From assembly GCA_011391125.1 (NCBI GenBank), contig JAABRE010000004.1, forward strand, positions 26,921 to 90,920: DNA of 64,000 nt. The letters run 5' to 3'. A program made the translations under genes and the position numbers. Source of the DNA: Synechococcales cyanobacterium S06. GTDB taxonomy: Bacteria > Cyanobacteriota > Cyanobacteriia > Cyanobacteriales > JAABRE01. The notes under the pieces were generated by a model. That model saw nothing but the letters and a program-made list of their open reading frames with translations, searched no databases and was not told the origin of the DNA. Position 1 is the first letter of the stretch; each line of letters starts with the position of its first letter. Below, piece after piece: positions 17,878 through 27,792 of the stretch.

Positions 17878-19791
17878 CTAAATTTTCAATAATCCTTCAG
17901 GATTAACTGATAGTAATTCTCGTTTTTGTAGGCCTTCTTGACGTAAAATTTGATTGGTGGCTAATAAACCACTACTAACCGCTCTTTCCATCAAACCACA
18001 AGGAAACGGCATTTTTACCCAATCACCTGCAAAAATTAAATTAGAAATTTCCGATTGACTTTCAGGCCGAGAATTGTAACTATTAGGAGGAAAACCAGAA
18101 AAGTTTTTCTGATTAACTAATTCTTTGTGTAAAATATTCGCCTTTTTCAAACTTGGTACAATCTCATATAATTCGTTTTCAAAGGTAGTTAATAAACTTT
18201 CTTGGGTGGGAAATTCCTTTTCTTTATAACAATAGGCGTGTAATTCTACTACACTTCCACCGGTCTTTTTATTCCATTCAATAAACTGATTTTGAATGCG
18301 ATGATAGAGGGTAATACTATCAGTTAAAGCGTAACCTGAGAGGGAAGTAAACCAACTTTGTTCCCACTCAAAATCTTGATCAAACCAGAAACGACCCACG
18401 GCAAAAGGATCAGAAAGGGCTAATTGTGTTATTTTATCGTTTAAATCGGGGTTAATTTCTCCAGTCATCAAACTAAATAAATGCTTGACTCCGGGGACAT
18501 CTGTGGCCATTACATAATAATCAGCTTTAATTGTTTCGGGACTATTTGCTTTTAAATGATCGGATTTTGCCAATAATTGGACTTGATTACTGTTAGTTTG
18601 AGTGACTTTATATTGTGGTAAATCTCGTTTTGCTGGTCCTGATATTACCTTACCATTACTATCATAAATTGCTCCATGACAAGGACACAAAAATTTACCA
18701 TCAGCTTGTTTTGCAACAGTACAACCTTGATGGGTACAAGTTAAAGAAACTGCATTTTCTCCTTGGTTATCTGTGAGAAAAACTCGATCGCCTGCTCCAT
18801 AAAAATGGTCAGTTTCTGTCGATAATAAAGCATTTTTATCGACCCAAAAAGGAACATTAGCTTGGTTATTTCCCGTAAAATAACTAACAGAATTGATTTT
18901 GTTATTAGTACAATTTATTTCTGAGACGTTAGCTTCTGTAATGATTGTACCACCGTTATTTGTGATATATTCAGCGATGGGATTAACTAAACTTGTGCCC
19001 ATATCATCCACCGTACCATTAAAAGCCAACCCTTCCGGATTACCAAAAAAATAAAAGTGGAAAAACTGTAATAATTCCCCTAAACTCAACACATCAGGAG
19101 CATTTAAACTAGACTTAGCAAAAGGCAAAAAATATAAATCATATAAACCTTGGGGAAACTGATCTTTCACCCACTCAGTTAAACTAAGATGGTCATATTG
19201 CTGATAAGTTTTCTCCATTTTAAAACCAGTAATGGCGTGAAAAACTTCCAAATGTTTAAACTTAGTTAAATTAATTCCCCAACGGAGACGATTGGGAGAG
19301 GCGATCGCCAAATCAACGATATTCCAAGGAAAAGCAGTATTACTAGGTTTAAAAACTTCGGGTTGATAATTATCACGAAAAACCACCGAATAAAATTCCA
19401 AAGACTTAAAATTATTAGTAATATTTAATTCAGAAACAATGCTTTTCAAATTGTAATACTGGGGAAAAAAACCGTGAAAACCATGTTCCATTTTAAAGGT
19501 ATCTTCCCCAACCTGAATTTCCCAACTGGCAATTTTTCCACCCAATTGGGGGGATTTTTCCAGCAAAGTAACTTGAAAACCTCGTTTTTGCAATTCGTAG
19601 GCCGAGGCCAAACCAGCCAATCCACCACCAATTACCACCACGGATTTAGGAGAATCGACAAAACGGGGCAAATCTAAGGTATTTTTTTCATAGACAGTCG
19701 GTTGTGGTTTACTAAACCTAGAATAACCAATCACCCCCGAAACACCAGCCACACCAATCAATTTTAAAGCATCACGTCGAGAAAGCATCAT
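17878..19791 (-). CDS. Tat-signal FAD-dependent oxidoreductase (amine-oxidase/desaturase-like) with an embedded Rieske [2Fe-2S] domain
   Basis: Twin-arginine leader: MMLSRRDALKLIG. FAD fold: VVVIGGGLAGLASAYEL...LLEKSPQLGGK. Rieske motifs: CTHQGC and CPCHGAIYD. Confidence 0.75.
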   Translation of the reverse strand: MMLSRRDALKLIGVAGVSGVIGYSRFSKPQPTVYEKNTLDLPRFVDSPKSVVVIGGGLAGLASAYELQKRGFQVTLLEKSPQLGGKIASWEIQVGEDTFKMEHGFHGFFPQYYNLKSIVSELNITNNFKSLEFYSVVFRDNYQPEVFKPSNTAFPWNIVDLAIASPNRLRWGINLTKFKHLEVFHAITGFKMEKTYQQYDHLSLTEWVKDQFPQGLYDLYFLPFAKSSLNAPDVLSLGELLQFFHFYFFGNPEGLAFNGTVDDMGTSLVNPIAEYITNNGGTIITEANVSEINCTNNKINSVSYFTGNNQANVPFWVDKNALLSTETDHFYGAGDRVFLTDNQGENAVSLTCTHQGCTVAKQADGKFLCPCHGAIYDSNGKVISGPAKRDLPQYKVTQTNSNQVQLLAKSDHLKANSPETIKADYYVMATDVPGVKHLFSLMTGEINPDLNDKITQLALSDPFAVGRFWFDQDFEWEQSWFTSLSGYALTDSITLYHRIQNQFIEWNKKTGGSVVELHAYCYKEKEFPTQESLLTTFENELYEIVPSLKKANILHKELVNQKNFSGFPPNSYNSRPESQSEISNLIFAGDWVKMPFPCGLMERAVSSGLLATNQILRQEGLQKRELLSVNPEGLLKI

Positions 19792-19793
19792 AA

Positions 19794-19828
19794 GTTAATA
19801 GTTAATAGTTAATAGTTAATAGTTGAGA
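19794..19828. repeat. Heptanucleotide tandem repeat GTTAATA x4 plus a variant, directly upstream of the 17878-19791 start codon
   Basis: Read directly. Confidence 0.9.
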
Positions 19829-19829
19829 G

Positions 19830-20215
19830 TTATTGGTTTGGTTTAAGGTTATTTTTGGTGTTTTTGATAATACGGGTAAGGAGTTTTAGAAGTTCGACTA
19901 TATCTGTTTTGATTGATTGATATTGCTTGGTAGTCAGGTATTTGGTGTCATGAAGTAAATCAAGCCAATAGTCGGTTTCGTTGGCTTCTTTGAGAAAGAT
20001 TGCCAGTTTATGAATAAAGTCAGCTCGACTTTCTCCTTGTTGAGCTTCTCTAACTAATGCACCAATAGCAGTGCCAGATCTTAGTATTTGTTTAGACATG
20101 ATATACTCTTTTTTTCCTCACATAAATATTGATAAAGTTTGACGATTCTAATTGCAAAAGCATAAGATTTATTTCTAAGGGGAGAGGAATCATCGGATGA
20201 GTAATGGTTGTTCAC
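19830..20215 (-). pseudogene. Four-helix-bundle protein (23S rRNA intervening-sequence protein family) with a frameshift in an A7 tract
   Basis: The annotated 89-aa ORF (19830-20099) begins mid-family at SKQILRSGTAIGA. The missing N-terminus LRNKSYAFAIRIVKLYQYLCEEKK is encoded immediately upstream in another frame (20215-20108). The two frames meet at the T7/A7 run 20109-20115, and one extra A would fuse them. Confidence 0.65.
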
Positions 20216-20232
20216 TATTTTTACCCCTTATT

Positions 20233-20288
20233 AACTGTCAACTGTCAACTATCAACTGTCAACTGTCAACTATCAACTGTCAACTATT
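20233..20288. repeat. Heptanucleotide tandem repeat AACTGTC/AACTATC x8, overlapping the prmA stop codon
   Basis: Read directly. Confidence 0.9.
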
Positions 20289-21198
20289 ATTGTCTTCGGA
20301 CATTAAGACAACACCAATCTTCTTGTTTCCAAAGCAGACCAACAGTCCAACCATGGGCTTCAAGAACATCTGTGACACCCTTTGCTTGATCTAATAAGAT
20401 ACCACTAAAAATACCCCAAGTTGTTGGTTTTGCCAATTCAGTTATTTGCGGAATTAAATCAATAATTACTTCCGCTAAAATATTGCAGATAATACCATCA
20501 ACTTTGCCCTGGGTCATTTCCGCTAAAGTCTCGATACTGCCTTCTTTAATCATGAGAATCTGCTCATCAATGTCATTTAAGTCTCTATTTTCGCAAGAAG
20601 CTTTAGCGGCGAGAGGATCATTATCCACCCCATAAACCTGTTTTACCCCAAATTTAGCGGCGGCGATCGCCAGAATTCCTGATCCACAACCGATATCAAC
20701 AATTTTCAAGTTTTCGGTTTCCACATCACTTAAACGCATTTCCAGGGATTCTAAACATAACTGAGTGGTTGCGTGTTCTCCTGTACCAAACGCAACTCCT
20801 GGGTCTAATTTTAAAATAAGCCGTTTTTCATCATCGGGAGGCTCGATCCAAGCTGGATAAATAATCATGGTATCACCAACCTCCTTGGGTTGCCAATGTT
20901 TTTTCCAGTTAGTTGACCAATCTTCCTCATCCATCAAATGCCATTGAACCATGGGTTGGACAATTTGATCAGGACTTCCCTGAGCAAAACAATAAGCATC
21001 TTGCTTGACCCAAAGAGCCAAAGCCGCCAAATCTAACAAATGAGCCGATTTTTGCGGAATATAAGCTTTAACCAAACAAGATTGATTTTTAATTTCAACC
21101 GCCGTCCCTTGACAACCGAATTTTTCTAACCTTGCGAATATCAATTCTTCTAAACTTGGATCACAGAGTATCCCAATTTCCCACCAATTATTAGACAT
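20287..21198 (-). CDS. prmA: Ribosomal protein L11 methyltransferase
   Basis: PrmA-like N-terminal domain, then the SAM motif VDIGCGSGILAIAAAKFG. 303 aa. Confidence 0.85.
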   Translation of the reverse strand: MSNNWWEIGILCDPSLEELIFARLEKFGCQGTAVEIKNQSCLVKAYIPQKSAHLLDLAALALWVKQDAYCFAQGSPDQIVQPMVQWHLMDEEDWSTNWKKHWQPKEVGDTMIIYPAWIEPPDDEKRLILKLDPGVAFGTGEHATTQLCLESLEMRLSDVETENLKIVDIGCGSGILAIAAAKFGVKQVYGVDNDPLAAKASCENRDLNDIDEQILMIKEGSIETLAEMTQGKVDGIICNILAEVIIDLIPQITELAKPTTWGIFSGILLDQAKGVTDVLEAHGWTVGLLWKQEDWCCLNVRRQ

Positions 21199-21450
21199 AA
21201 AATTAAATTATGAATTATGAATTATGAATAGTTGCTTTAGCTAACAGCTAAGTTGTGACTTATTTAATTTGGTAATTTTAGCGGGCAAGATGCCCGCTCC
21301 ACAAAGTTTATAATCTGAAAGTAAAGAAATCTCGCGCTTAACTGTTTTTAACCGATAAGTCCGCTTTTCTGGTCAATTTATTCACCTATTAGACCTCTTG
21401 GGAAACTAAGAATAAAATCAATTTTCCTCTCATAAGCGTCAATTTCTTTA

Positions 21451-21481
21451 CCTATTACCTATTACCTATTACCTATTACCT
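21451..21481. repeat. Heptanucleotide tandem repeat CCTATTA x4
   Basis: Read directly. It lies downstream of the serA stop. Confidence 0.9.
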
Positions 21482-21522
21482 GACTTGGTGCAAGAAGTCT
21501 ATTACTTCTTACCTATTACATA

Positions 21523-23103
21523 CTAAAGACTAACGGTATAAGCGTCGCGAATGCCGTCAATTTTCTTAATTTCCGAGATAATACCTTCGGGTAAAGGATC
21601 ATCAATACTTAAGACCATGACTGCATCACCTCTGACAATTTTACGGCCAACCTGCATACTGGCAATATTGACGTTAAAACTGCCCAATAAAGAGCCAATT
21701 TTACCGATAATACCGGGGACATCTCGGTGTAAGGTAAAGAGCATATGATTGCTAGGAGGTACGTTAATGGGGAAACCATCTAAACTGGTAATTCTGATTT
21801 CTCCGCCTTCTAATAATGCTCCCGTGACGGAATGTTCGCCCAAAGAACCAACCGACTGCACAAATAATGAGCCGGAATAATCATGGGTAGAAGTATCCCT
21901 GGTTTCAATCACCCGAATCCCTCTTTCTTTAGCTTCAATGGAAGCATTAACATAGTTGACCCTTTCACGCAAAGCCGGTGAAAGTAACCCTTTAATGGCT
22001 GCTACGACAATGGGTTGACTTTGATTGGTGGCTAAATCACCTTGTAAAGTCACGTTTAAAGACTCAATTCTACCGCCGGCTAACTGACCAACCAAATTAC
22101 CCAAAGTTTCGGCCAACTGTAAATAAGGGCGTAATTTTTCCATTACTTCGGGATTTAATCCGGGGATATTCACCGCTGACCTAGCCGGTAAACCCAACAG
22201 CACATCCCTAATTTGCTCGGCCACATCAATGGCCACATTTACCTGAGCTTCCGCAGTGGAAGCACCTAAATGGGGGGTTAAAATTACATTCGGACCTAAA
22301 TCTCGTAAAGGGGACTCGCCTAAAGGTTCACTGCTAAACACATCCAAAGCTGCTCCACCAATTTGACCATTTTTGATCGCTTCAGCCAAGGCGTTTTCAT
22401 CAATAATACCGCCCCTAGCACAGTTGATAATTTTCGCTGTTGGTTTCATTTTCGCCAACACATCAGCATTAATCAAGTTAGCAGTTTCCTTGGTTTTGGG
22501 AATATGGAGAGTGATATAATCAGCTTCACTGAATAAATAATCTAAATCCACCAAGGTGCAGCTCATTTGATCTGCTCTTTCCTTGGAAATAAAAGGATCA
22601 TAAGCTAATAACTTCATCCCCATTGCTCTAGCTACCGTAGCAACATGGGAGCCAATTTTTCCTAAACCAATTACCCCTAAAGTTTTTTTATAAACTTCTG
22701 CTCCCATAAATTTATTACGCTCCCATTTTGACGCTTTTACAGAAGCATTCGCGTCGGGAATATAACGCGATAATGATAACATCATAGCGAGGGCGTGTTC
22801 AGCTGCGGCAATGGTGTTACCTTCGGGAGAATTTACTACCACAATACCTTGACGGGTGGCTGCTGCAACGTCGATGTTATCCACGCCAACTCCGGCGCGT
22901 CCAATAATTTTAAGTTGAGTACCAGCTTCAATTACTTCCTTGGTTACTCTAGTCGCTGAACGTAGCATTAATGCGTCATATTGGGGGATAACCTGTACTA
23001 ATTCTTCGGGAGTTAACTTAGTATTTACGTCAACCTCCGCCACTTGACGGAGAATTTCGACACCTTGAGGATCAATGGAGTCGGATACCAAAACTTTTGC
23101 CAT
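21523..23103 (-). CDS. serA: D-3-phosphoglycerate dehydrogenase, long form with ASB and ACT domains
   Basis: NAD motif GVIGLGKIGSHVA. It has the catalytic-domain architecture and a C-terminal ACT-like segment (LFTLHRDVPGIIGKIGSLLG). 526 aa. Confidence 0.9.
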   Translation of the reverse strand: MAKVLVSDSIDPQGVEILRQVAEVDVNTKLTPEELVQVIPQYDALMLRSATRVTKEVIEAGTQLKIIGRAGVGVDNIDVAAATRQGIVVVNSPEGNTIAAAEHALAMMLSLSRYIPDANASVKASKWERNKFMGAEVYKKTLGVIGLGKIGSHVATVARAMGMKLLAYDPFISKERADQMSCTLVDLDYLFSEADYITLHIPKTKETANLINADVLAKMKPTAKIINCARGGIIDENALAEAIKNGQIGGAALDVFSSEPLGESPLRDLGPNVILTPHLGASTAEAQVNVAIDVAEQIRDVLLGLPARSAVNIPGLNPEVMEKLRPYLQLAETLGNLVGQLAGGRIESLNVTLQGDLATNQSQPIVVAAIKGLLSPALRERVNYVNASIEAKERGIRVIETRDTSTHDYSGSLFVQSVGSLGEHSVTGALLEGGEIRITSLDGFPINVPPSNHMLFTLHRDVPGIIGKIGSLLGSFNVNIASMQVGRKIVRGDAVMVLSIDDPLPEGIISEIKKIDGIRDAYTVSL

Positions 23104-23265
23104 AATTGTTACACGCCTTAAATGATTTATTGTAATTATCTTAGGAAATTACGATCTTATCAATGATCTGATTTTTTTGATCACGCAAAGACGCTAAGGC
23201 GCAAAGGTTTTTTATTCATTATTGATTTGCTGTCTAAATAATCGTAATTTAAGTTTTTTTTGTTT

Positions 23266-24384
23266 ATGAAATATACCTTGGTTTTTTTAGAAGTTTTTGC
23301 TCAAGAAGGTGGCATTCAGTCTTATGTTAAGGATATTTTGACTGCTTTTTTGCAAATTGCAGATTCAGAACACTGTCAAATTGATGTGTTTTTGTTGCGT
23401 GATAAATTAGATTGTGAGAATCCTTTAGATACTGGTTTAATTAAGTTTCACTATCTTTTTAGTAAGGATATTTTGCAGTCAAGATATAATTTAGTAATAA
23501 ATTTATTTGCCCATTTATTAACACAAAAAACTGATTACCTTTTTTGTGGACATATAAATTTAGCCCCTTTAATTAATCTTTATAGTAAGTTATTTCACAT
23601 TCCTTATACTGTTTTAACCTACGGTAAGGAAGTTTGGGAAACTCTACCCAACTCGAAGATAAAAGCTTTGCAAGAAGCAGACCAAGTTTGGACTATTAGT
23701 CGTTATAGTGGCGATCGCCTTTGTGCCTCTAATCAAGTTTCCCCCGAAAAAGTAAAAATTCTTCCCTGTGTCGTCGAGGGGACTATTTTTACTCCAGGAG
23801 AGAAACCACCGGAATTACTAGAAAAATATGGCTTATCCGATGCTAAAGTATTAATGACGGTGGCCAGATTATGGTCCGGTGATATTTATAAGGGAGTAGA
23901 TGTAACCATCCGTGCTTTACCCCAGATTTTAGCAGTATTTCCCCAAGTTAAATATTTGGTCATTGGTAGAGGAGACGATCAGCCTCGTTTGGCACAATTA
24001 GCCAAGGAACTGGGAGTAGAAAACCAAGTAATTTTTGCGGGATTTGTTCCCACAGAAGAATTAGTAAATCATTATCGCGTCGCTGATGCTTATATCATGC
24101 CATCACAGGAAGGATTTGGTATTGTATATTTAGAGGCCCTGTCTTGTGGTATTCCCGTATTGGCAGGAAATTCAGATGGATCAGCTGATCCTTTACAAGA
24201 TGGACGTTTAGGTTGGCAAATTCCTCATCGAGATGTGCATCAAGTGGCCTTAGCTTGTATAAATATATTAGAAGGCCGTGATCCTAGATGTAATGGGCAA
24301 TGGCTAAGACAAGAAACATTGGCTAAATTTGGTCGAGAAAATTTAATAAACCATTTAAAAATATTATTAGAAAACCTTAATTAG
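23266..24384 (+). CDS. Glycosyltransferase family 4 (GT-B, RfaG-like)
   Basis: The C-terminal half reads YRVADAYIMPSQEGFGIVYLEALSCGIPVLA, the E-x7-E-type region. I prefer the ATG at 23266 over the upstream TTG. Confidence 0.75.
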   Translation: MKYTLVFLEVFAQEGGIQSYVKDILTAFLQIADSEHCQIDVFLLRDKLDCENPLDTGLIKFHYLFSKDILQSRYNLVINLFAHLLTQKTDYLFCGHINLAPLINLYSKLFHIPYTVLTYGKEVWETLPNSKIKALQEADQVWTISRYSGDRLCASNQVSPEKVKILPCVVEGTIFTPGEKPPELLEKYGLSDAKVLMTVARLWSGDIYKGVDVTIRALPQILAVFPQVKYLVIGRGDDQPRLAQLAKELGVENQVIFAGFVPTEELVNHYRVADAYIMPSQEGFGIVYLEALSCGIPVLAGNSDGSADPLQDGRLGWQIPHRDVHQVALACINILEGRDPRCNGQWLRQETLAKFGRENLINHLKILLENLN

Positions 24385-24413
24385 GGTTTATTAAACAACT
24401 CAAAAGGAGGAGA

Positions 24414-24448
24414 GTTGATAGTTGACAGTTAATAGTTGACAGTTAATA
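24414..24448. repeat. Heptanucleotide tandem repeat GTTGA(T/C)A / GTTAATA x5
   Basis: Read directly. It lies within a ~210-bp segment bounded by TTAGGGTTTAT (24383) and TAAATCCTAA (24587). Confidence 0.8.
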
Positions 24449-24730
24449 GTTTTACGGATTAGATTAAATATAAAAGATTTTTGAAAAAAGAGCAAAAATA
24501 TCCTTTTATCTATAAACCCTTGTACTTAAAATAGCTAAAAAAAAGGCCAAAAACTTTTTATAATAAGCATTTTATTCTGGTTCAGTAAATCCTAATTAGT
24601 GTTTAGTTAATTGTAGGATAGCAATGTCAAGATCAATTATAACTGACTAAGAAGCTGGAAAATAAATGGCCATCTACTTTCTTTTTTTTAACAGTTCACT
24701 TATATTTAGAAGAACAAAAGGGAAAATGCT

Positions 24731-25093
24731 GTGAATGATAACTTGAAAATGTTACGTTATAATTACTCAGGTTTAGGTTGTTGGTTAACCTTAGCTTTGC
24801 TAGTATTCTTATTAGGTTCAGTCGGTTTGGGTTGGGTTTTTAAAGGTTTTTTAGCCATAATTTTCCTCATCCCCCTCATTTTAATTGCTGGTTTATTTGG
24901 CGTAAATTGGTGGGTAAAACGTAATTTAGTGGAGGATAAATGTCCTGTTTGTAGTTATGAATTGACAGGAATTAATGGGGTAGAATTGAGATGTCCAAAT
25001 TGTGGTGAACAAATTGAGGTGAAAAATAATCACTTTAATCGTACCACACCTCCGGGAATCATTGATATAGAAGCAACGGAAATTAACGAATAA
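24731..25093 (+). CDS. Small membrane protein with a C-terminal C4 zinc ribbon
   Basis: Two hydrophobic helices followed by CPVC...x14...CPNC. 120 aa. Confidence 0.5.
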   Translation: MNDNLKMLRYNYSGLGCWLTLALLVFLLGSVGLGWVFKGFLAIIFLIPLILIAGLFGVNWWVKRNLVEDKCPVCSYELTGINGVELRCPNCGEQIEVKNNHFNRTTPPGIIDIEATEINE

Positions 25094-25103
25094 TATTATC
25101 ATT

Positions 25104-25358
25104 ATGGAAAACTGGAAAGACAAATTAAACGAAATTAAAGAAACCGAATTAGCAAACTGGTTAACTCCTGCTAAAACTTGGTTTCAAGAATTACCACCCC
25201 AAGGTAAATTGGCCGTAGGAATGGGAGGAGTAATTGTTGGTTTATCTTTATTAAATACTTTTCTCAGACTTGTTTCCTCCCTCTTTAGTATCGGCTTTTT
25301 AGTATTAGGAATCTATCTATTTTATCGCTTTTTTATTGCCCCGAAAACCAGAGAATAA
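25104..25358 (+). CDS. Small hypothetical membrane protein
   Basis: 84 aa with two hydrophobic segments. It starts 11 bp after the preceding gene. Confidence 0.45.
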   Translation: MENWKDKLNEIKETELANWLTPAKTWFQELPPQGKLAVGMGGVIVGLSLLNTFLRLVSSLFSIGFLVLGIYLFYRFFIAPKTRE

Positions 25359-25430
25359 ATAATATTTGATCATTGAAAGTTCGGTTTTGAAAACTACATC
25401 TTACTTCCTACTTCTTACTTTTTACTTCTT

Positions 25431-27608
25431 ATGAATAGTCCACAAACTAAAAATGGGAATAATCTCTCATCAAAACATTATCAGGGTAAGCGTCATCGTA
25501 TTACTAAAAATTTACTCCCTCGACGTTCTCTTGCTTTTTTGTTTGAAATTTCAATATTGGCTACGAGTTCCTTAGTTCCCTTGACCATCGGTGCGATCGC
25601 CAATTCCACCGATTCCACTCAAAAAGTGCCATTAAATTCCATTTTAGCCCAAACTGAGGACAAAATTGGCTCTGTTTTTGCCTTAGAAAAGCGAGAACCC
25701 CTAGATCAACAAGTAGCTCCCCTAACTAATATCTTCTGGTGGGTTGCTTTAATTACACCGGTTGGCTTAAGCGGTTGGCAACTGTTTCTCTTGGCGACAA
25801 CCGGCCAAACTACCCCCAAACGTTGGTTCGGAGTTCGAGTCGTCACCGGAAATGGCCAAACTCCGGGGTTGACTAGAGTCATGGTACGAGAAATCCTCGG
25901 TCGTTGGGGTATTCCTCTAGGTACAGCTTATTTAATTTGGCGTTTTGGGGGAGCTTTTCCTAGTTTGCCAATTTTTGCTGGTTTGAGCGGTTTAATCTTA
26001 TTGGCCGAAGGGGGGATGATTTTTTTAGGCGATAAAAAAAGACCGTTTCATGATCAAATCGCAAACACTTTTATTATTGATGGTAAACAACCTTTAATTA
26101 ATAATAATTATATTTACCAACATCAAACTATTAATCTTCCTTTAAATGGTCAAAATCATAATCTGGATTCCCCTCAAGAAAACCAGTTACAAACAATTCT
26201 TCTTACTACTAGAATTGAGAAGGGAATTAATCTTTGGGAATGGATGAAAACCCATCCCGGTACTACTTTATTAATCTTTACCTCCACAGGAATGCTCTCG
26301 GTTTTAGCTACTTTTGTCGGCACACAAATTTATATCCAAAGTCAAGCTAATTTTCGCGATTCCAAACAACAAAATAATCAGGTTTTTTTGACTTTAGTTA
26401 AACAATTAAGTACCACTAATTCCCATTCTTTAGTCGAAAGACGCGCTGCAATTTTAGCCTTGGCTAGATTAGAAGATCCTCGCTCCGGCCAAATGTTAGT
26501 CGATTTATTAGGCCAAGAAAATGATCCCGCTTTAATTGAAACAATTCAACAAGCTATTGTCAGTAACGGGGTGGAAAGTTTAGCACCCCTACGACGACTT
26601 AATCAATCCCTCTCCAACGACATTAAATCCTTGGCCGATTCTACCAGTGAAGGAGAAATTATCGCTTTGCGTCTTAGGGCAACTAAAAGGGCGATCGCCA
26701 AATTACTAACCATCAACAGTGGAAATTTAGGGCAAACCAGCTTGCATCGTACCAATTTAGGTCAAGTAAGTCGGGGAAGTGCCCAATTTACCTTAGTTTT
26801 AGACCAAGTTGACCTATCAGGCATGAATTTTCGTTCCGCCCTGTTAAATAAGGCAAGTTTCCGCAACAGTAGTTTTTATAATGCAGGTTTAGACAACCGT
26901 CCAGGGACTTTTGACGATTTAAGCTCAGATTTAAGCGGCGCAAATTTACAGGAAGCTGATTTAAGCGGCGCATTTTTGCCGAAAATTAATCTTAATCTAG
27001 GGAATTTAGTCCGAGCTAATTTGAATAAGGCTAATTTAAGCGAAGCTAATTTAACGGGAAGTAACCTAAGTAGTGCGCTAATTATTAATAGTAATTTAGA
27101 AAAAGCTAATTTACAAAATGCCAGTTTAACCGGTTCAAATTTAAGCGAAAGTAACTTAAATTCGGTTAATTTACACCAAGCAAATTTAGGCAATTTACAA
27201 GCTTTTGGTACTAATTTTACTGGGGCAAATCTGAGCGGTGCTAGTTTAGAAAGTGCCAATTTATCCGCAGCTAATTTAACTAATGTTAACCTCCAAAATA
27301 GCAATTTAACTAACAGTAATTTAACAGAATCTAATCTAACCAATGCACAATTACAAAACGCTAAACTCAGCTACAGTAACCTTAGTATGGCTGATTTAAG
27401 AGGAGCTAATCTTAACGGAGCAGATTTTAGAGGCGTAATTTTTGCCCGCTCAGAAAATACGAATACTTCTCAATTTGTCCAAGCTCCTCCGGTTGCAGAA
27501 TCGATTACAAAACTTGAAGGAGTCGATTTTTCTAAGGTTAAAAACTTGGATTCTAGTCAGATTGCAACAATTTGTCAAGCTGGCGCAATTCATCCGAATT
27601 GTAATTAA
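25431..27608 (+). CDS. RDD-domain membrane protein fused to HEAT-like and pentapeptide repeats
   Basis: N-terminal RDD-like TM region (PKRWFGVRVV), a HEAT-like RRAAILALARLEDPRS segment, and a long A(N/D)LSx pentapeptide array at the C-terminus. Confidence 0.7.
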   Translation: MNSPQTKNGNNLSSKHYQGKRHRITKNLLPRRSLAFLFEISILATSSLVPLTIGAIANSTDSTQKVPLNSILAQTEDKIGSVFALEKREPLDQQVAPLTNIFWWVALITPVGLSGWQLFLLATTGQTTPKRWFGVRVVTGNGQTPGLTRVMVREILGRWGIPLGTAYLIWRFGGAFPSLPIFAGLSGLILLAEGGMIFLGDKKRPFHDQIANTFIIDGKQPLINNNYIYQHQTINLPLNGQNHNLDSPQENQLQTILLTTRIEKGINLWEWMKTHPGTTLLIFTSTGMLSVLATFVGTQIYIQSQANFRDSKQQNNQVFLTLVKQLSTTNSHSLVERRAAILALARLEDPRSGQMLVDLLGQENDPALIETIQQAIVSNGVESLAPLRRLNQSLSNDIKSLADSTSEGEIIALRLRATKRAIAKLLTINSGNLGQTSLHRTNLGQVSRGSAQFTLVLDQVDLSGMNFRSALLNKASFRNSSFYNAGLDNRPGTFDDLSSDLSGANLQEADLSGAFLPKINLNLGNLVRANLNKANLSEANLTGSNLSSALIINSNLEKANLQNASLTGSNLSESNLNSVNLHQANLGNLQAFGTNFTGANLSGASLESANLSAANLTNVNLQNSNLTNSNLTESNLTNAQLQNAKLSYSNLSMADLRGANLNGADFRGVIFARSENTNTSQFVQAPPVAESITKLEGVDFSKVKNLDSSQIATICQAGAIHPNCN

Positions 27609-27624
27609 TAATTTTTGTTATTTG

Positions 27625-27792
27625 GTTTGTAGTTGCGCTTTAGCGCTATAAACATATTTGTATCAATTTATACAGATTTTAAAGCAGGAATATGTATCTA
27701 AGATAGCGCTAAAGCGCAACAACGAACTTTTGGGGAGAATATGTAGCCAAGATAGCGCTAAAGCGCAACAACGAACTTTTGGAGAGAAGAAT
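27625..27792. repeat. Composite repeat block upstream of methyltransferase 2. It has an inverted pair GTTGCGCTTTAGCGCTAT / ATAGCGCTAAAGCGCAAC, the ATTTATACAGATTTT...GAATATGTAT motif, and a 49-bp direct duplication.
   Basis: GAATATGTA(TC/GC)...AAGATAGCGCTAAAGCGCAACAACGAACTTTTGG(G/A)GAGA occurs twice (about 27690-27738 and 27739-27787). The motif recurs at 29711-29775 and 31153-31200. Confidence 0.85.

Noticed and set aside
26876-27343. 155-aa minus-strand ORF (and the 61-aa ORF at 26788-26973) antisense to the pentapeptide-repeat region
   Set aside because: It is an artefact of the low-complexity, codon-periodic pentapeptide repeat on the plus strand. Its product is a monotonous K/L/F repeat with no independent support.
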